Below the pieces are notes generated by a model, which saw only the letters and a list, made by a program, of their open reading frames with translations, was not told the origin of the DNA and did no database searches. DNA of 64,000 bases from Antedon mediterranea. Lineage: Eukaryota; Animalia; Echinodermata. Both the position numbers and the translations under genes were made by a program. Below are positions 38,501 to 53,500 of the stretch, piece by piece. Each line of letters begins with the position of its first letter. The first letter of the stretch is position 1. The DNA lies in the NCBI RefSeq assembly GCF_964355755.1, contig NC_092679.1, forward strand, positions 12,135,432 to 12,199,431, given 5' to 3'.

Positions 38501-41500
38501 CTCTTGCTCGTATATGTTTTAATATATTATTTGTTTATTAATTTTGACAGGAATTATGATTGATAATTCAGTTAGTTATTATTCATGATTTATTCTGTTT
38601 AAACCATCTGTTTAATTGTTATTACTTGCTTAATGTATAGTGTATTTGTAATAGTTTTTTACTGTACTATAGTTGGCCATGGCAGGTGGATGTAGAATTG
38701 AAATAAATACAAATTAATATTTTTTATATTTAAAAGTGATTGATAAATGTAGAAAACATATTACTTATAATGTAGTATGTTTAAGTTTAAGAATTTGTAC
38801 TATAAGATAAATAATAATAAATAAATGATAAAGACGTTAGTAAATTACCAACTGAACATTTTATTGCAATACAGGCTGTTTCATGAGTATGAACTCAATC
38901 TGAATGATAGTCACAAGTGAATACAAAAAGCTATAATGAAGTTATAAGGCAAACTGTTTATGTGAACAATAGTATGTTAATTAGCAAGTACAACACATCT
39001 CTATTTCCTGGACAGTCTATTGTTAACCAAATTCCTATTATCTAAATTACTGATAATGTGTTTGGTTGGGGACCCCTTTGGAAACAAGCCTTTGGGCTAC
39101 TTAAAGGGATCCCCTGCTTATGTTTAATTTCTCAAGTTTAATGTTTGTATCATTCTATGTGTTTATTTTCATTCAAATAGTATGCCGGTTTATAATTGTA
39201 CTGTTCTTGGATAGCAATATATATTACTTACTTTGAAAAATTTTTATTTTTGTCACAGACGGGAAGCAAAAAATTGCATCAATTGCTGTGGTAGACGCAT
39301 AGTTACTGATGCTTTTTATTTCAGAAGGTAAACCTTTAATCTTATATGCAATATATTTTAACACTGTTAATGAAAATGTTCCACATAATTTATTATGGTA
39401 AATAACATACTATATTTGATAATGTTGTGTTGCATTTACAGGGTTACCTCATCAGAAATCAGTGAACACACTCGTGTTTGTCATAATGCCAGTCCCAAGT
39501 TTCTCCTAACGTGTCCTGTGTTGTCATCTGGAGATCAACCATCACTCAAGTTATTTGTCTCTGCCATCACTCTACCTTCTGCTGAAAACCAGACATCAAA
39601 AACCCTCAATATATCCTTTAAAAAACAATTAATATACACAAAAAAAAACTTCTGGTATCAAACCATCAAAAGTTATGTTCAGACGACATTATGTCTGAGG
39701 TAAAGTAATGTCAAACATGAATTATATGTGTATGTTTAGTTCCAATGAGCGTCCACATGATGCTTAATGCATTTCACTAGCGAGCTTGAGAGTAATTGCG
39801 TCTACACAACTTGTGTACTCAGAAGTAGCTCATTAAGAAATCTATGGAGTAAACTGTCTGATGTAAGGTTGAAGTAACTTAATGCAAAGAGCGTATTCAC
39901 AGGCGCATTATACCCAAGGTTTACAACCAACAAACTGCTATTTTAGAGCTTACTCCCGACTCCCTAAATTCTTTTTAAATATGAAATGAGGAAGACGACT
40001 TTGAAGTTATTTTCCAACTTCTTGAAAAAAATTCAGCACACATTTATAGTATTCTTCCAATTTTTACATGGCTTAATCATGTTATGTGACTATTATTCTC
40101 TATCAGTTGTTTTGCAATAATTTGAAGGAAATTACTTTTGTTCAAACTACAAACAGACATTCTCATTTACACACCCCTTGGTCTGAAAGCAGCTTGTGAA
40201 TGAGAAGTTCAAAAGCAAATTATATTATCAATACTTAATACGTATTAAAATATAATTTATCTATTTTAGTTGTATTATATTGTTACCTCAAGTACCTTTT
40301 TTTACAAAATTAGCAATGCCATCATTGAGGATGTTTGTAAAATAACATTTTTTAAATGAGGAATGTGTAAATAAGAAGGTTGACTGTATTTATATTTTGA
40401 CAAATCTGTTATTTTAATTTTAATAGATATTGTAGTTTGATTGATTATTTATTTTCTTAACTTTGTATACATCTATTTCTTTGGTCCAGGTGGACTTCCA
40501 TTTGGTTTCCAAAGTGTTTCCCAGTGCAATGTACTTCCATTTCAGCTGGCAAAATGGGAAGAGTTTGGACTTCAAGTTGGCCAGCAAGTGCAAAGACATA
40601 ACTCAAATCATGGTAGGCTCACAGTTTATTTTCTTGGTTTAGCATAGTTTTCCTCAAGCAATTAAAAAAAAAACTTATTTCCATTGTGGTTCAATTTCTA
40701 ATTCAATTTAATTGAAATGAAATGATTAACAGAATATACAGTTAGTATAACAAATTCAAAATTAACTAGATTTGAACTCGTCACTTTGACGAGTTAGTTA
40801 TCCGCACGACAAACGCCACGCGCACGTCTTCATACGTTGGAATTTTCCACACAGAAAAAGGTTATGGCATTATGACCTGAACTGAAAGAATATCATATGC
40901 TGTTAGTGCTGAATTCTGTCAATTTTGTGTCATATAGTATATACAGTGCAAACGGTATAATCTGTATACATGTTACATACAGTGTAGAATAGGTGAAATT
41001 ACGGGACCCCCCGTTTATTTTTAACATGGCGACGGTATCAAAATGAAACACTAAGATAGCAATTTCGGAAGGACATTATCTCAGCAACAACATATGAACG
41101 TGTAGAAGAAATTTGAATGCGTAAAATATAGATGCGCCCTTTTAAATGTGATAAACTATTACGCAAAATATGAAAATACAACTTTTTTTTATTCAACTGG
41201 CCATATGATGACGTCACAACATCCGATTGGCAAAATGTTTACATGAATTCGTATCTACAATCCAATAGCTTCCAGAAAACATTTTATTCATGATTATCAC
41301 GTTTTTTTCTGATGAGCTATAACAGATTGAAATTTACTGTAAAGATGAAAAAAGTGACCCACATGATTTTCATTTTTAGACATGATGACGTCATAAAAAT
41401 TAAAATATTTTTAATTCATGCGAAAGATAGTTGATTGACCTAGAAAATACAAAAATCGGGGGGAAAATGGAAAACAGATAATTGGAGATGCGCTCTATTA

Positions 41501-44500
41501 AATGTGATGAGCTATGATGAAAGATACAAAAATCCTATAATTTATATTCGTGTGGCCATACGATGACGTCACAGTGATCGGTTCGCCATATCAATGCATG
41601 ATTCCATATCTACAACTTATCATCTTCCAGAATATGTAATAAAAATAACTTTCACCGTTTAGTTTAGAAACTACGACTGTTTAAAAAAATGCATAATTTT
41701 GACGATTTTTTGAACTTTTTCATCAAAAACGCGCACAAATTGTCCAATTCAATGTGCTCGTATGACGTAATTTGAAGTCGAAATTGTTTAAAAATTGGTA
41801 AAATTACTAAAAAAAGGCTGGAAAAACATAAATCACGCGTAAAAATTTGCGCGCGTGTGGGAATCTTTGACATGCTAAAAATGACATGAAAGGCGTAGGA
41901 AGTTGATTAGAAATTAATTTTGCGCATTTTGACATTTTAAATGCGCGTGCGTGTGTAACTTTGTTTAAAATACGCAAGTTTTTTTCAACAAAAAGTTAGC
42001 GCATGATATAAATTAAACTTTTGCAAAGTTTCAATTTAAAATGTTATTTGGTTTTTGACCTATGTTAAATACGCGAAATTCATAAAATCGCGCATAAGTC
42101 ACGTTGCGCATTTCTGACGTTATTCACAATAGGAGGTGCACAACTTCACGTAAATGCCCACATGTTGACAAAGTTATAAAATGTTATATTACAAGTTTTT
42201 GAGAATTAATTTTGCGCATTTTAAAATTTTAAATGCGCCTGCGCGCGTAACTTTGTGTAAAATACGCAATTTTTTTTCAACAAAAAGTTAGCGCATAATA
42301 TAAATTAAACTTTTGCAAAGTTTCAATTTAAAGTGTTATTTGGTTTTTGACCTATGTTAAATACGCGAAATTCATAAAATTGCGCATAAGTCAAGTTGCA
42401 CATTTCTGACGTCATTCACAATAGGAGGTGCACAACTTCACGTAAATGCCCACATGTTGACAAAGTTATAAAATGTTATATTTACAAGTTTTTGAGATAC
42501 ACGTGACACAAAAATAACATAACAAGGGGTTATCCGCCAAGTGCGGATAACCAAAAAAGAAAGAAGAATAATACAGAAAAAAAAAGATGATGAAACAGGA
42601 CAGTTACAAGGAGTTATCCGCTGAATGCGGATAACTAATTATCACAGTGAATAATTTAATGAACTTAATCTTTATTAACGCAATTCATTATATAAATGAA
42701 TGGAAGTTGAACATAAAATATCGCATATAAAAAAATACAAAACAAAACACTCACTTATTCAAAAATAAAAAAGAACAAATACACAAATACTTCAATTCAG
42801 TTTATTTGTATTCACTTTCCAACAAACCTTAGTCTAGCCCAATTGCTTTCCAGTGTTAATTCAACTTATTTTGTTACTTTTCAATATTATCTGGATCTTG
42901 AAATATTGTTTTTTATTTCATTTCAGGACTTGTGTTACCTGACCAATCTTACCACATAATAAGAACATCTGATTCACTTTGTTCAAATGAATGGCAAACA
43001 CTTCAGGTTTTAGTACTAATAGATTACAACACACATCATAGTATAGTAGAAAAAAAAGGCAAGTTTTCCAATTTATTTTAATATCCCAAAAACTTGAACA
43101 CAAAATTAAACCGAATTTACACGATCTCAAATCATCAATCACATCACTACTTAAAATAAGATATACACAAACTCAATACAACTTAGATAAACAATTATCA
43201 ATCTGTAACAAAACACACAAAACACTTTCACAAATTAATTGCACACCCAAACATACAGCCACATTAAAAGAAGAAATAAATAAAACCTAAATGTCATACT
43301 GTTGACAAAAGTGTAGGTTTATGCATAAATTTAATGAAATGGTACAAGAATACAAAAGAAAGGTAATAAGTGAAATATTATACAGATATTGACTGCTTAG
43401 AGGTTAAATATAAGATTTGACATCCCCGAGGGAATGATATTAAGTTTGAGGGAATATATATTTCCCGAAGTGCCATAACCGATATAAAAGGCAATATCTG
43501 TTATATTATATAGCCAAGAACAAGTCTGCTGGGTTGGGTGAAGCTAGGCTAGGCCTCCTATAGTATTTGTATTGTATTTAAACAAGCCTGCCTAGACACC
43601 TTACCTTGCGAAGAATAATATACAGATAATTAATAATTAATGATTCCTTGGCAATAAAATATTCACTTAGGCCTAGGTCGTTTAAATTAACAGGAGAATT
43701 TCCATCAATAAGCCTATTCTTAATAATATTATAATCACTGAATCAGGTAGGCCGAATAAACAATTCGTCTTCTTCTCTTCGAGGAGCCGAATCACCGGAT
43801 GTTCAGCGCTTACTAGTTACTAGGTTACTACCGTGAGTATTGACCAATCACAAACTGTGTTTCATCACATTTAGGGTGGACTAATAACAAATGAGAGCGC
43901 TATGTATGCATAGCTTAAATAGTTTAGAAGATTAATTTCTTCAAGCAAGTTCCGTGGCGCAGCGGTTGAAACGTTGTCTTGTGATGGAGTGACAATTGCA
44001 TCGCAAGTTCAAGATCCAGTAGATGACTTTTGTTTATTTATCGGCAAACGCGAGTGTTGCACACGAAAATTACAGTCCATATCATCGTACTCGAGAATTT
44101 ATATGATTAATGACAGGGGACACGATTATTACGCGAAAATTACACAGTCAATATCATCGTTCTCGAGGATATATACGATTTACGATCCTCGCAGCAGTAG
44201 TCATGTGATGCAGTTTTAACCAATCACGTTCGCGTATTTACATAGGCTATGTAATATACATAAATATCATTAACAGTAAGAAATCCATCACAAAACTAAA
44301 AAACCACAATACAAAACAACTCGATTGGGCCTAAACAACCATAACATTACAGAAATCAACATGAAAGGACTACGAAACTCAAACATCAAATTGCCAACAC
44401 TCAACATCATACCTAACCGCATAAACTTAACAATCCACCATCACCCGCAATAAAACAATATCACACTTACACTACACTTATTACAATCACATTCAAAAAC

Positions 44501-47500
44501 CCATCATAATATGACACAGTTGGACCACTATGACTATGTTTACTGGGATCTACATACTATCCACGATACTATTGATGCCATTATTAAACCATGTCAACTA
44601 TTAAATTTAAGTAAAGAAACAGAAACGTCATACTTCAAGAGTAAGAGGTAAGATAAGGTAAAAAACAGAAAGTCAGAGGTAGTATTTAAAGACCCCTTCC
44701 CTGCAATTTTGGACGTTTTTTGGAAAATAATACATATATATCACTTTAAAAACATTAAACCATGTCATTCCTTGTCTTAAATGTACGTTTTATGGTAAAT
44801 TATGATAAAAAGTGAGAAACAATGCACTACCTAAGTAGCTCGCGGCGATCGGCCTCTCGTGGACGGTCTTAGGCCTAGCCTAGCTAGGCTTAGTTTTGTA
44901 GGCCTAGCTGGTAAACATCGGTAACGTACGAACATCGTACGCTAGCTATATACCTAGCCTGACGTTGTATAGTTGCTGCATTAATTGTCTTTCTATTTTG
45001 CCAGACTCCGTTGATACAAATTGGGGAAAACCGGGTATTTTCGCTGAAAAGTTAGGAGTCTTCCATTTGTTTTGGCCTCACGATCGATCGAAAAGTGGGC
45101 GAATTACAGGTGAAAAACAAAAATATCAATCCGCGTACAATGCATTTTGGGATTTATAGCGGGCCGCTATAATTATTAAAATCGACTTATTTTTCACATT
45201 TTTAACCGTTTAAAGACGAAAAAAGTTATCGCAATAGGACCATATAGTATTATTTTTACATTAAATATAGTTTGTGATCTTAAATTAGATCGTAGGGAAG
45301 GGGGCTTTAAAACAGACAAAAATATTAAAAGATAAATCAGCTTATAAACTAATTAAAGATGTATTGTCCCCCTGAAAACATTTTTTTTTTAAATATTTTT
45401 GTTGAATAGGCCATTTTAATTGCACATAAAAGTTATTCACTTTGAACTGAAATTGGATCGAAAAAAAAAATGTTTTACTCGAGAAAATCGTAATTTAAAG
45501 CAAAAATTAACCAACCGGAAGCTATTTGTCTGGAAGACAAACGTGTTCCGGTTTAATTTAACCCTTGACCTGAGTTAGCTCATAAATATTCATATTGTAT
45601 GGATACATCTTGTGGATGATGGTTCTCTCAACAAACAGCCAACAACGCGACGATAGCAATGCATAGAGAGAGTCGAGTAGTGACGCGAGACGATCTTGAA
45701 GAAAACACGAAAACTATAGCTAGCAGAATACTAAGTAGAACTGCAGTTGGTAACTTTGATGTTGAATCTTATTCATTTAGGTGAGTTTTTGTTTCGCTAG
45801 CAGGAGAGGCCTAGCTAGGCCTAGGCCCTAGGCCCGAGTTTTCTGCTACTGTATACTAGTCTACTACATACTAGTAGGCCTAGTACTAACTAGCACAACC
45901 ACATGGCAGGCAGTCTCGAGTAGCCTTACTGCTGCCTCCTGTTTCTATAAGTAGAGGTAGTAGGCCTAGGCTAGGCAGTACACTACCAGCTAGGGCTAGA
46001 CCACCACCAGGAGGGATGTATTTTTTTTTTATAATTTTGTTTGGCATCCTGATAAATTGGTTTAATTTGTTAGGATTTCAACTATCTATTCTGCAGAGAA
46101 AATTACCAAATAAATCTAAATATTGTTTTGAATGTTTACTGTACAGTATTTTAAAAATATTTTCTGCATCAAATGCAATAGGTTCAAATCAACATTTGCA
46201 CAATTAAGCATTTTATGCAGATATTTGACACAATTTTCTTCTTTTTTTTCAGGTATTAACATTGATTGAACAATAAGAGCAAGTGAAGTAGTGAGAAACA
46301 CAAAATGTATCGGCAACATTCACAATTTATTGAAACATTTCTTACTATTAAAATGACACTTTGTAATGGATATGAGCGATCTTAGAAGACTATAGCTGCC
46401 GTAATTACTGCCACAATCAACACATTGATATTAGTAGACAAATTGACACAAAAAACAATACAGGAATTCAATAAGATATACTGTAACTGTATATAGGCCT
46501 ATATATATTTTTTATTAACTCCTTTTGCAATGTAATATTTACAGTAACATTATGAAGTGTAAGTAAAATTGAAGAATTTATTCTGTGTACTGTTGTAGTA
46601 GTATTTTTTATTTATTGAATGTTATGTTTACAAAATAATATACTGTACAAATATTATTGCTTTATAAAAAAAATTATACAACATTTTACAAGCTGAACAG
46701 GAACATATTGGCCGAATGCAGCATCACAAATATTTTTCTTGCAATATCCAATCATATACAGAGTCTATCATCAGTTGTCTTTATGAAGTACAAATGTGAC
46801 CTCTGTTCCAGTCTTCATCAGCTCAACGTCTTTAAATAAAAATGTTTAAATAATGATGTATAAATAAGTTAAATATTTCACAAAATCTAAAGTTTTTAAT
46901 TTCGGCAAAGTACGAAAACCTGGAATTTGGTATTTATAAATAGGTCTAGATCATGCACATTTAGTGCAAAATGTGGGCTAGTGAAATTGCTTGCTTTGAC
47001 AAATAAGTACACTAACTTTCTATGGTAAAACACATTACAACTAAGACTTAATAAAGAGAAAACAAATATTTGACTTACTACAGTACAGAGTTACATGGTA
47101 AAGAACAGTAGTTTGTGTGGTAAAATGGCTAAGCTGGCTTTTCCCCTCTGTCTACTTGTACAGTGCTGCTGGAGGAAGGTTCTCAACTTCAGGCTTGTAA
47201 GTTGTATTGTAACCATTTTCCCTGAAAAAATGTTTGTTTTATTTTTATCATAAAAACTAGTTAAACAAGATTCAACTGTAAATTATGTATATGGTACAGC
47301 AGGCTGGCTGTATTTTCGGATTGATGGCCTAGCCTAGGCCAGTCTATGAAGAGTACAATGTATAGGGCCTAGCTGGGCATTTTCTGCAGAGACCCGATTG
47401 TCCCAGCAGCCTGCCTCCTCTACTACTACTACTACTACTAGCCTAGGCCTATGCATGTATTATTCTAGGCCTAGCCCTGAAAAAATCCCAGGCTAAGTTA

Positions 47501-50500
47501 ATTAATTACCTTCCTGTTATTACAAACGTCTGTCTAGTTTGCGTTATATATATATAATTATTATATTTAAAATAACCGTCTAGGCCTACTTACCGACAAA
47601 TTAACAGCTTAGCTTTACATACGATCAGGGGAAACCCCCAGTCGAGTCGCGTCGATCTGTGGGTGTTGTGTACACAACGTGCATCTTCCATGTTTGTTAG
47701 ATCAGATCCCAGCTGTGTCGATGCTCATTAACATATCATGCATATTTATGAGTTAGCTCTATCGGCCGAAATTTTGAGCTGACAAGTTGGGAAAATTGAT
47801 TAACTTATTTTGCTTTTTTCTTAGCGAAATTAATAATTTTTTTCGGATTTTTTTTCGGCGAAAGTGAACAACTTTATTATAGCTACAAAATGGTCTATTC
47901 AAAATTTGATTTAATTGATCTTCATTTTTCATGTTTTGGGGGACAATACAACTTTAACGTTTAAGAGAGCCAGTCACTAAAAATCAAACATTAGGTGGCA
48001 AGGGTCAAAATTTCGAATTGGCTCATATTTTGCACATTGGTAGACCTTGATGTAAGTAAACCTGATGTGTAGATTGTTTGGTAAAATATCGCTTAGTTTT
48101 CGAGAAAATCGAAAAATAACGATTTTCGGCCAATTTTGTTAATTTTTGGTGTATAATTTACATTAACTTTAACAGCCTCTGGAAGCCAAACGTAGCGACC
48201 TAGCGTTTTAATATTTTACACTTACGTTAACTAGCATCTTGACAATAATTTAGTAAAGTTTCAAAAAATTTGATGAAATTTTAAGATTTTGACTAATTAA
48301 TTACTAATTAGCATATATAAAACTCTTAAAAAGTAGGGTAAAAACAAACGCGTTTTTTTTCATGTGCGACGAATTTTTTTAAAATAAAAAAGTCATCAAT
48401 CTAAAGTTTAGATACTAATATTTATGAATCAAGTAAAAAAAATTTGGGGAAACTATTTTCCGCTCCGCGCCAGAGCCACAAAGTTGTAAGAAATTCAAAG
48501 ATTTTATCTGTCGGCAAGATCAATCAGATGTACCTATTGTTCTCTATTTAGCAATCCAAGTGGCTTTAAGCCAAACTTTTATTACGAGAAACAAACTTGA
48601 AAGATAAATTTTGAATTAAGTTGTAATTTAAACACAAACTAAAAATACGTTTCTGGTAAAATTTCAATTACTAACCAATATATGAAATTAAGCAATTAAC
48701 TAAAAATCACTCGCTTATTCTTTGTCAAACCACATTATTATAAATTATTCCATCCTGTCATAGTTTATAGGATAAAACTGAAAAACAAATTTCTTTTAAC
48801 TTGTTATCGTTTTCCTGTTTGTCGAACCTGGTCGAACTTACTCAACGAGAATGTTTCAAAACATTAACCACAGTAGACAAAACACTTTACTGCGTATATT
48901 CGATAGATAACGATATCTTCATTGACGTTGACAACGGAACTGATTTGTTATCAATTTTAGTTTATGTCTTACAATGTAAAGACGTGTTGAAAATAATTCT
49001 TATATATAAGAAAACAAACAAAATGGAGATTTCATGTTCTTTTAAATCGGTTGTCGGCGGAGCTTGTGGATTCGATAGAAAAGACCGCAAACAGAGCATC
49101 ACTGAAGTCCTACCTTTACAAGCATGCCAGAAGGAAATCGCTGCACACAGATACATGTTTAGGTTTACGGGCATCGATAGTGAGTGGTACTATTTGTGCA
49201 GCAGGAAAATGGAAAGGCGTGAGTCACATCAACAACATAGAGTATGGAAGCAGGTCCATGAAGGTGTGGATGGCGTGTATGGTATTGGTGCAGTACAAAA
49301 TCTACTTTTGAGTAAATTCTGTGTGCCCTTGAAGCTACCCAATTGAATTCATAACCAAGATACAACGTCTGATCAAAATAAATCAAGTATCATTTATTGC
49401 AGTAAAAGCAAGAATATAAGCCAAGACATCTCATGAAGAACAAGCTGATATAAATGACGACGACCAAATAGAAAGTGAAGAAAGTCCTGGCACCCCCAGC
49501 AAACTGTTTTTGTCGCGAACAAGATTGCATTAGGTCATATCAGAGGTACTCTTTCCTAGAGAAACACTTAGATTATGAAAATCACAAGAACGCACTAGAA
49601 CATGAAACACTTTATGACAGGGCAATGAAATTATACGCAACACAACTAGGAGAGAGGGTACTTCTAAAAATCCAGAACCAACAAGAACCAACGATTTGCC
49701 ACGTTTTGACATTGGCCCCAAACTGCAAATGGGCTGGGCGTTAAAGTCCTCTGCAAAAAAACCCGATTTTCTGTACCACAGAAAACCTACCTTATTGATG
49801 TTTCTGACGCTGGAGAGCAGACGGGACAGAAAGCTGATCCGTGTGATGTCTCACGAGAGATGAGATCGGCCAGGCACAGCGATGGTTCACATCTATTTAG
49901 CAAGACTGAATTTTTAACAGCACAGCAAGTTTTTTCTCACACTTGGCTAAAAAAAGGAGGACAGATGCAGTCGTTCATGATGATGATGGTGACGAAGATG
50001 ATGATTACGATAGTAATGAACATGGTGACAAAGTCGAAGAAAATGGAGATGATTCAAAAACGGAAAAGGAAAGAGAAATTCAACTTTTGTCGCAAACCGT
50101 ACTGGACACAATAGGCTTGCAGCATCCAATAATCTATATATAAATTTACGTAAGGGCAAAATTCGATAAATCGCGGTTTATTTCTAGAATTTTTACTCGA
50201 TGGTATATAAAGTTGGTTCATACTTTCGGTACTGATTTTAACCACCTGATGTAACCCTGTTTACTAATTAAATTGAGTTAGATAATAAGTTATTGACGAT
50301 TAAAACGAATTTAGGATCAACGATTTGCCCCAAATAGGGGTGTTTTCCGATCGTGGTATACACTGTCTAATGGATGTCCAACTTGAAAAATACCCGCACA
50401 CAATAATACGAGGACGCTTCGCATTTTCCTATCTCCTCCTAAGATAATTGTTTTTAATAGCTGAAAACCGGTTGAACTGCTCGAGTACAGCATCATAATG

Positions 50501-53500
50501 TTGAAGACAGGCCGATTTTCTTAAAAAAATACTATTTTGATAGATTTAATTTACGTTTTTACAAATGTATTGATTTGCGATGAATGGAACATTCCAATCT
50601 CTCAGTCTGCCAGTTTGGTTTAACACAAGTAGGTAAATTTATGAGGCCTTGGAGAATAAACTTGCAATACTTTGACAATACAGTACTGCAAATACCTATT
50701 AACCATTTTTGGTCGTCATTTGAATCGAACATTTCTTACTGTGAATACTGTTAGATGTAAAAAAATATATACAAACATTTCTTACTGTGAATACTGTTAG
50801 ATGTAAAAAAAAAATACAAATAAACTTTATTACTGTGATTGTGGGTAGGCTCTACTGTTAGATATATAAACACGTAATATACAAATAAACTTTATTACTG
50901 ACAGTTGCTTCTCAACGTTTGCATTAATTAATAATTACAAAAAATATAAACGTCGTAGTGGTGTATCGTTACATGTACTTTACTATTTCAATCGACTATG
51001 ACAGTGACAGTTTTAACAAAGTATTAAATCGCAAATGTTTTACTATATTTAGTCACCGTTAGTGGTATATTATTTATAGGCCTATAAAAAATGAAAACAA
51101 TATTTCGTTACTGACGTGGATAAAGAATATATTTAAAAATTGTTCCCTTAGTACCTATCCTCTTTCCCATCCCTCAACCCTAATTAAACAATTTGGACTC
51201 ATTTTGTGGTAAGTTTCTCTTTCGGAAGTAATTCCCAGGGTGCTAATTTTGGTTGACTACATAAATCATTGTGTCTACTTATTCGTTTCTGTAAACGACA
51301 ATGTATTATAGTCGTGCATTTAAAATCGCCAGATTTTTTACCCTGAAATTACTGTGTATTCGAGAACCATCTGTGGGCACGACCTAGATGGTACGCGAGC
51401 GAAGCGAGCGTACCATCTAGTGTTTGGAATGCATAATATTTGTGAACTGAAAGCTCAAGAAAAACTCTCCAGATTCTCTTTGCCAATGTTGCAAGAAATG
51501 TGTACTTCTCTTGAACTTGATACCACAGATATAACCATAAAGCGCAAGAAGCCATACATTGATTTGCTGGGAAAGCTGGTTTCCGTGTGTAGTTGCTCGA
51601 TTGATTAAGGTAGCAATGAATTCTTTAAAATAACAATTTAATATGTGGGACGATTCTGTTGTCTAAATTGTTGGTATTTAAAGTCGCGTTCTGTAAATTT
51701 TTAATAAAGCGAAGGGATGAAACAATGGTTTACACGTTTACAAACAATAATTTATTGTTTAGGCTACGAATTATTAGGAAATTTTGCACGAGCACATGAA
51801 CGTTATCGGATGTCACCATTCTACTCATTTGCATAACAACAGAGTTCAGTGAACATTTGCATTGACGTACTTGCTCGTTTTGAATTCGCGCTTCGACGGG
51901 AAGTGTAGAACGCAAAGCATGTGTAGCGCACGCAATATACGCCACACGTATTAAAACAAATCATGGAATACCTTGGGTTTATAGAGACTAAGCCTAGCCA
52001 GGCATGTTTAATCATGTTTTGGTTAACGTTTTCATTTACGCTATTTTTCAGAAATAAGGTTCTCGACGCACGTAACTAAAGTTTTTCGTAATGCTTGCGG
52101 ACGCACAGCAAGTTGTTTACAAAATGGGCGGAGCTTGGAAAATAGCGTTAACGTGCTCGTGCGAATACTCCCTATATGAGAAGATAAGAACATTATGTTA
52201 TATAGCCTGTTTTCCACTAGGCGAAATTATTCGCGCAAATCAAACATTTTCGCGTATACGCACACGTCAAATGGAACACTTTGTTGATAAAAATACACTG
52301 CGCATGCGCGCGTATAGTGCAAAAAATAATAATATTATTATTATTATATTATAATAATAATAAGAATAAATTCACCTAGTGGAAAACATAACAGGTGATG
52401 AAGCTAAGCGCGTTATAATGTTGAGCTTAGATAGTAATTGCTTAATTTCATGGGTTAGTCGTTTAAATTTGACTAGAAATTTATTTTTAGATGTTTTTAT
52501 ATTAAAACGTAATTCCAAATTATTCAGGACCTTTCAGTTTACCTTTAAAGTTTGTTTCTCGTAGTAAAATTTACCTTAAATCTGTAAATAGAGAACAATA
52601 GGTACATCTGATTGATCTTGCCGACAGATGAAATCTTAGAATTTCTTACAACTTTGTGGCTCTGGCGCGGAGCGGAAAATAGTTTCCCCAAATTTTTTTT
52701 ACTTGATTCATAAATATTAGTATCTAAACAGTAGATTGACTATTTTTTTATTAAAAAAAAATTCGTCGCACATGAAAAAAAAAGCGTTTGTTTTTACTCT
52801 ACTTTTTAAGAGTTTTATATATGCTAATTAGTAATTAATTAGTCAAAATCTTAAAATTTCATCAAATTTTTTGAAACCTTACTAAATTATTGTCAAGATG
52901 CTAGTTAACGTAAGTGTAAAATATTAAAACACTAGGTTGCTACATTTGGCTTCCAGAGGCTGTTAAACTTAATGTAAATTATACACCAAAAATTAACAAA
53001 ATTGGCCGAAAATCGTTATTTTTCGATTTTCTCGAAAACTAAGCGATATTTTACCAAACAAACTACACATCAGGTTTACTTACATCAAGGTCTACCAATG
53101 TGCAAAATATGAGCCAATTCGAAATTTTGACCCTTGCCACTAAATTACGAATATGTCTGATTTTTGGTGACAAGCACTCTTAATATACTACAGTATTCCA
53201 ATTGTAGATTTAAAGAAAAAAAACCCATTATTTTCTAACAAATGGTTAATTTTCAAAGTTTTTTTTTTTTACAGAAATTTTGGATGCTATTCGTTCAAAT
53301 TTAAGTACCTTAGTTACTAATCAAGCAGACAAGTTTAAAAGAGCCACACACAGAGCACTGAATAAACTGTGGATGAACAAGTCCAAGTCTAGAGATGTAT
53401 GTATAAGGTGTTGTAAATCATTTTCAAATGGAGAAATTGATTTTTGAAACTTCAATTCTATTGTTTAATTTTGTTTTCTACTAAATCGTAACTGTACTGT

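Noticed and set aside
39611-39699. Extension of the exon to the GT donor at 39700 as the main isoform
   Set aside because: Leads to a frameshift and stop and loses the conserved FFGPGGLP motif; the AT-AC intron explains it better.
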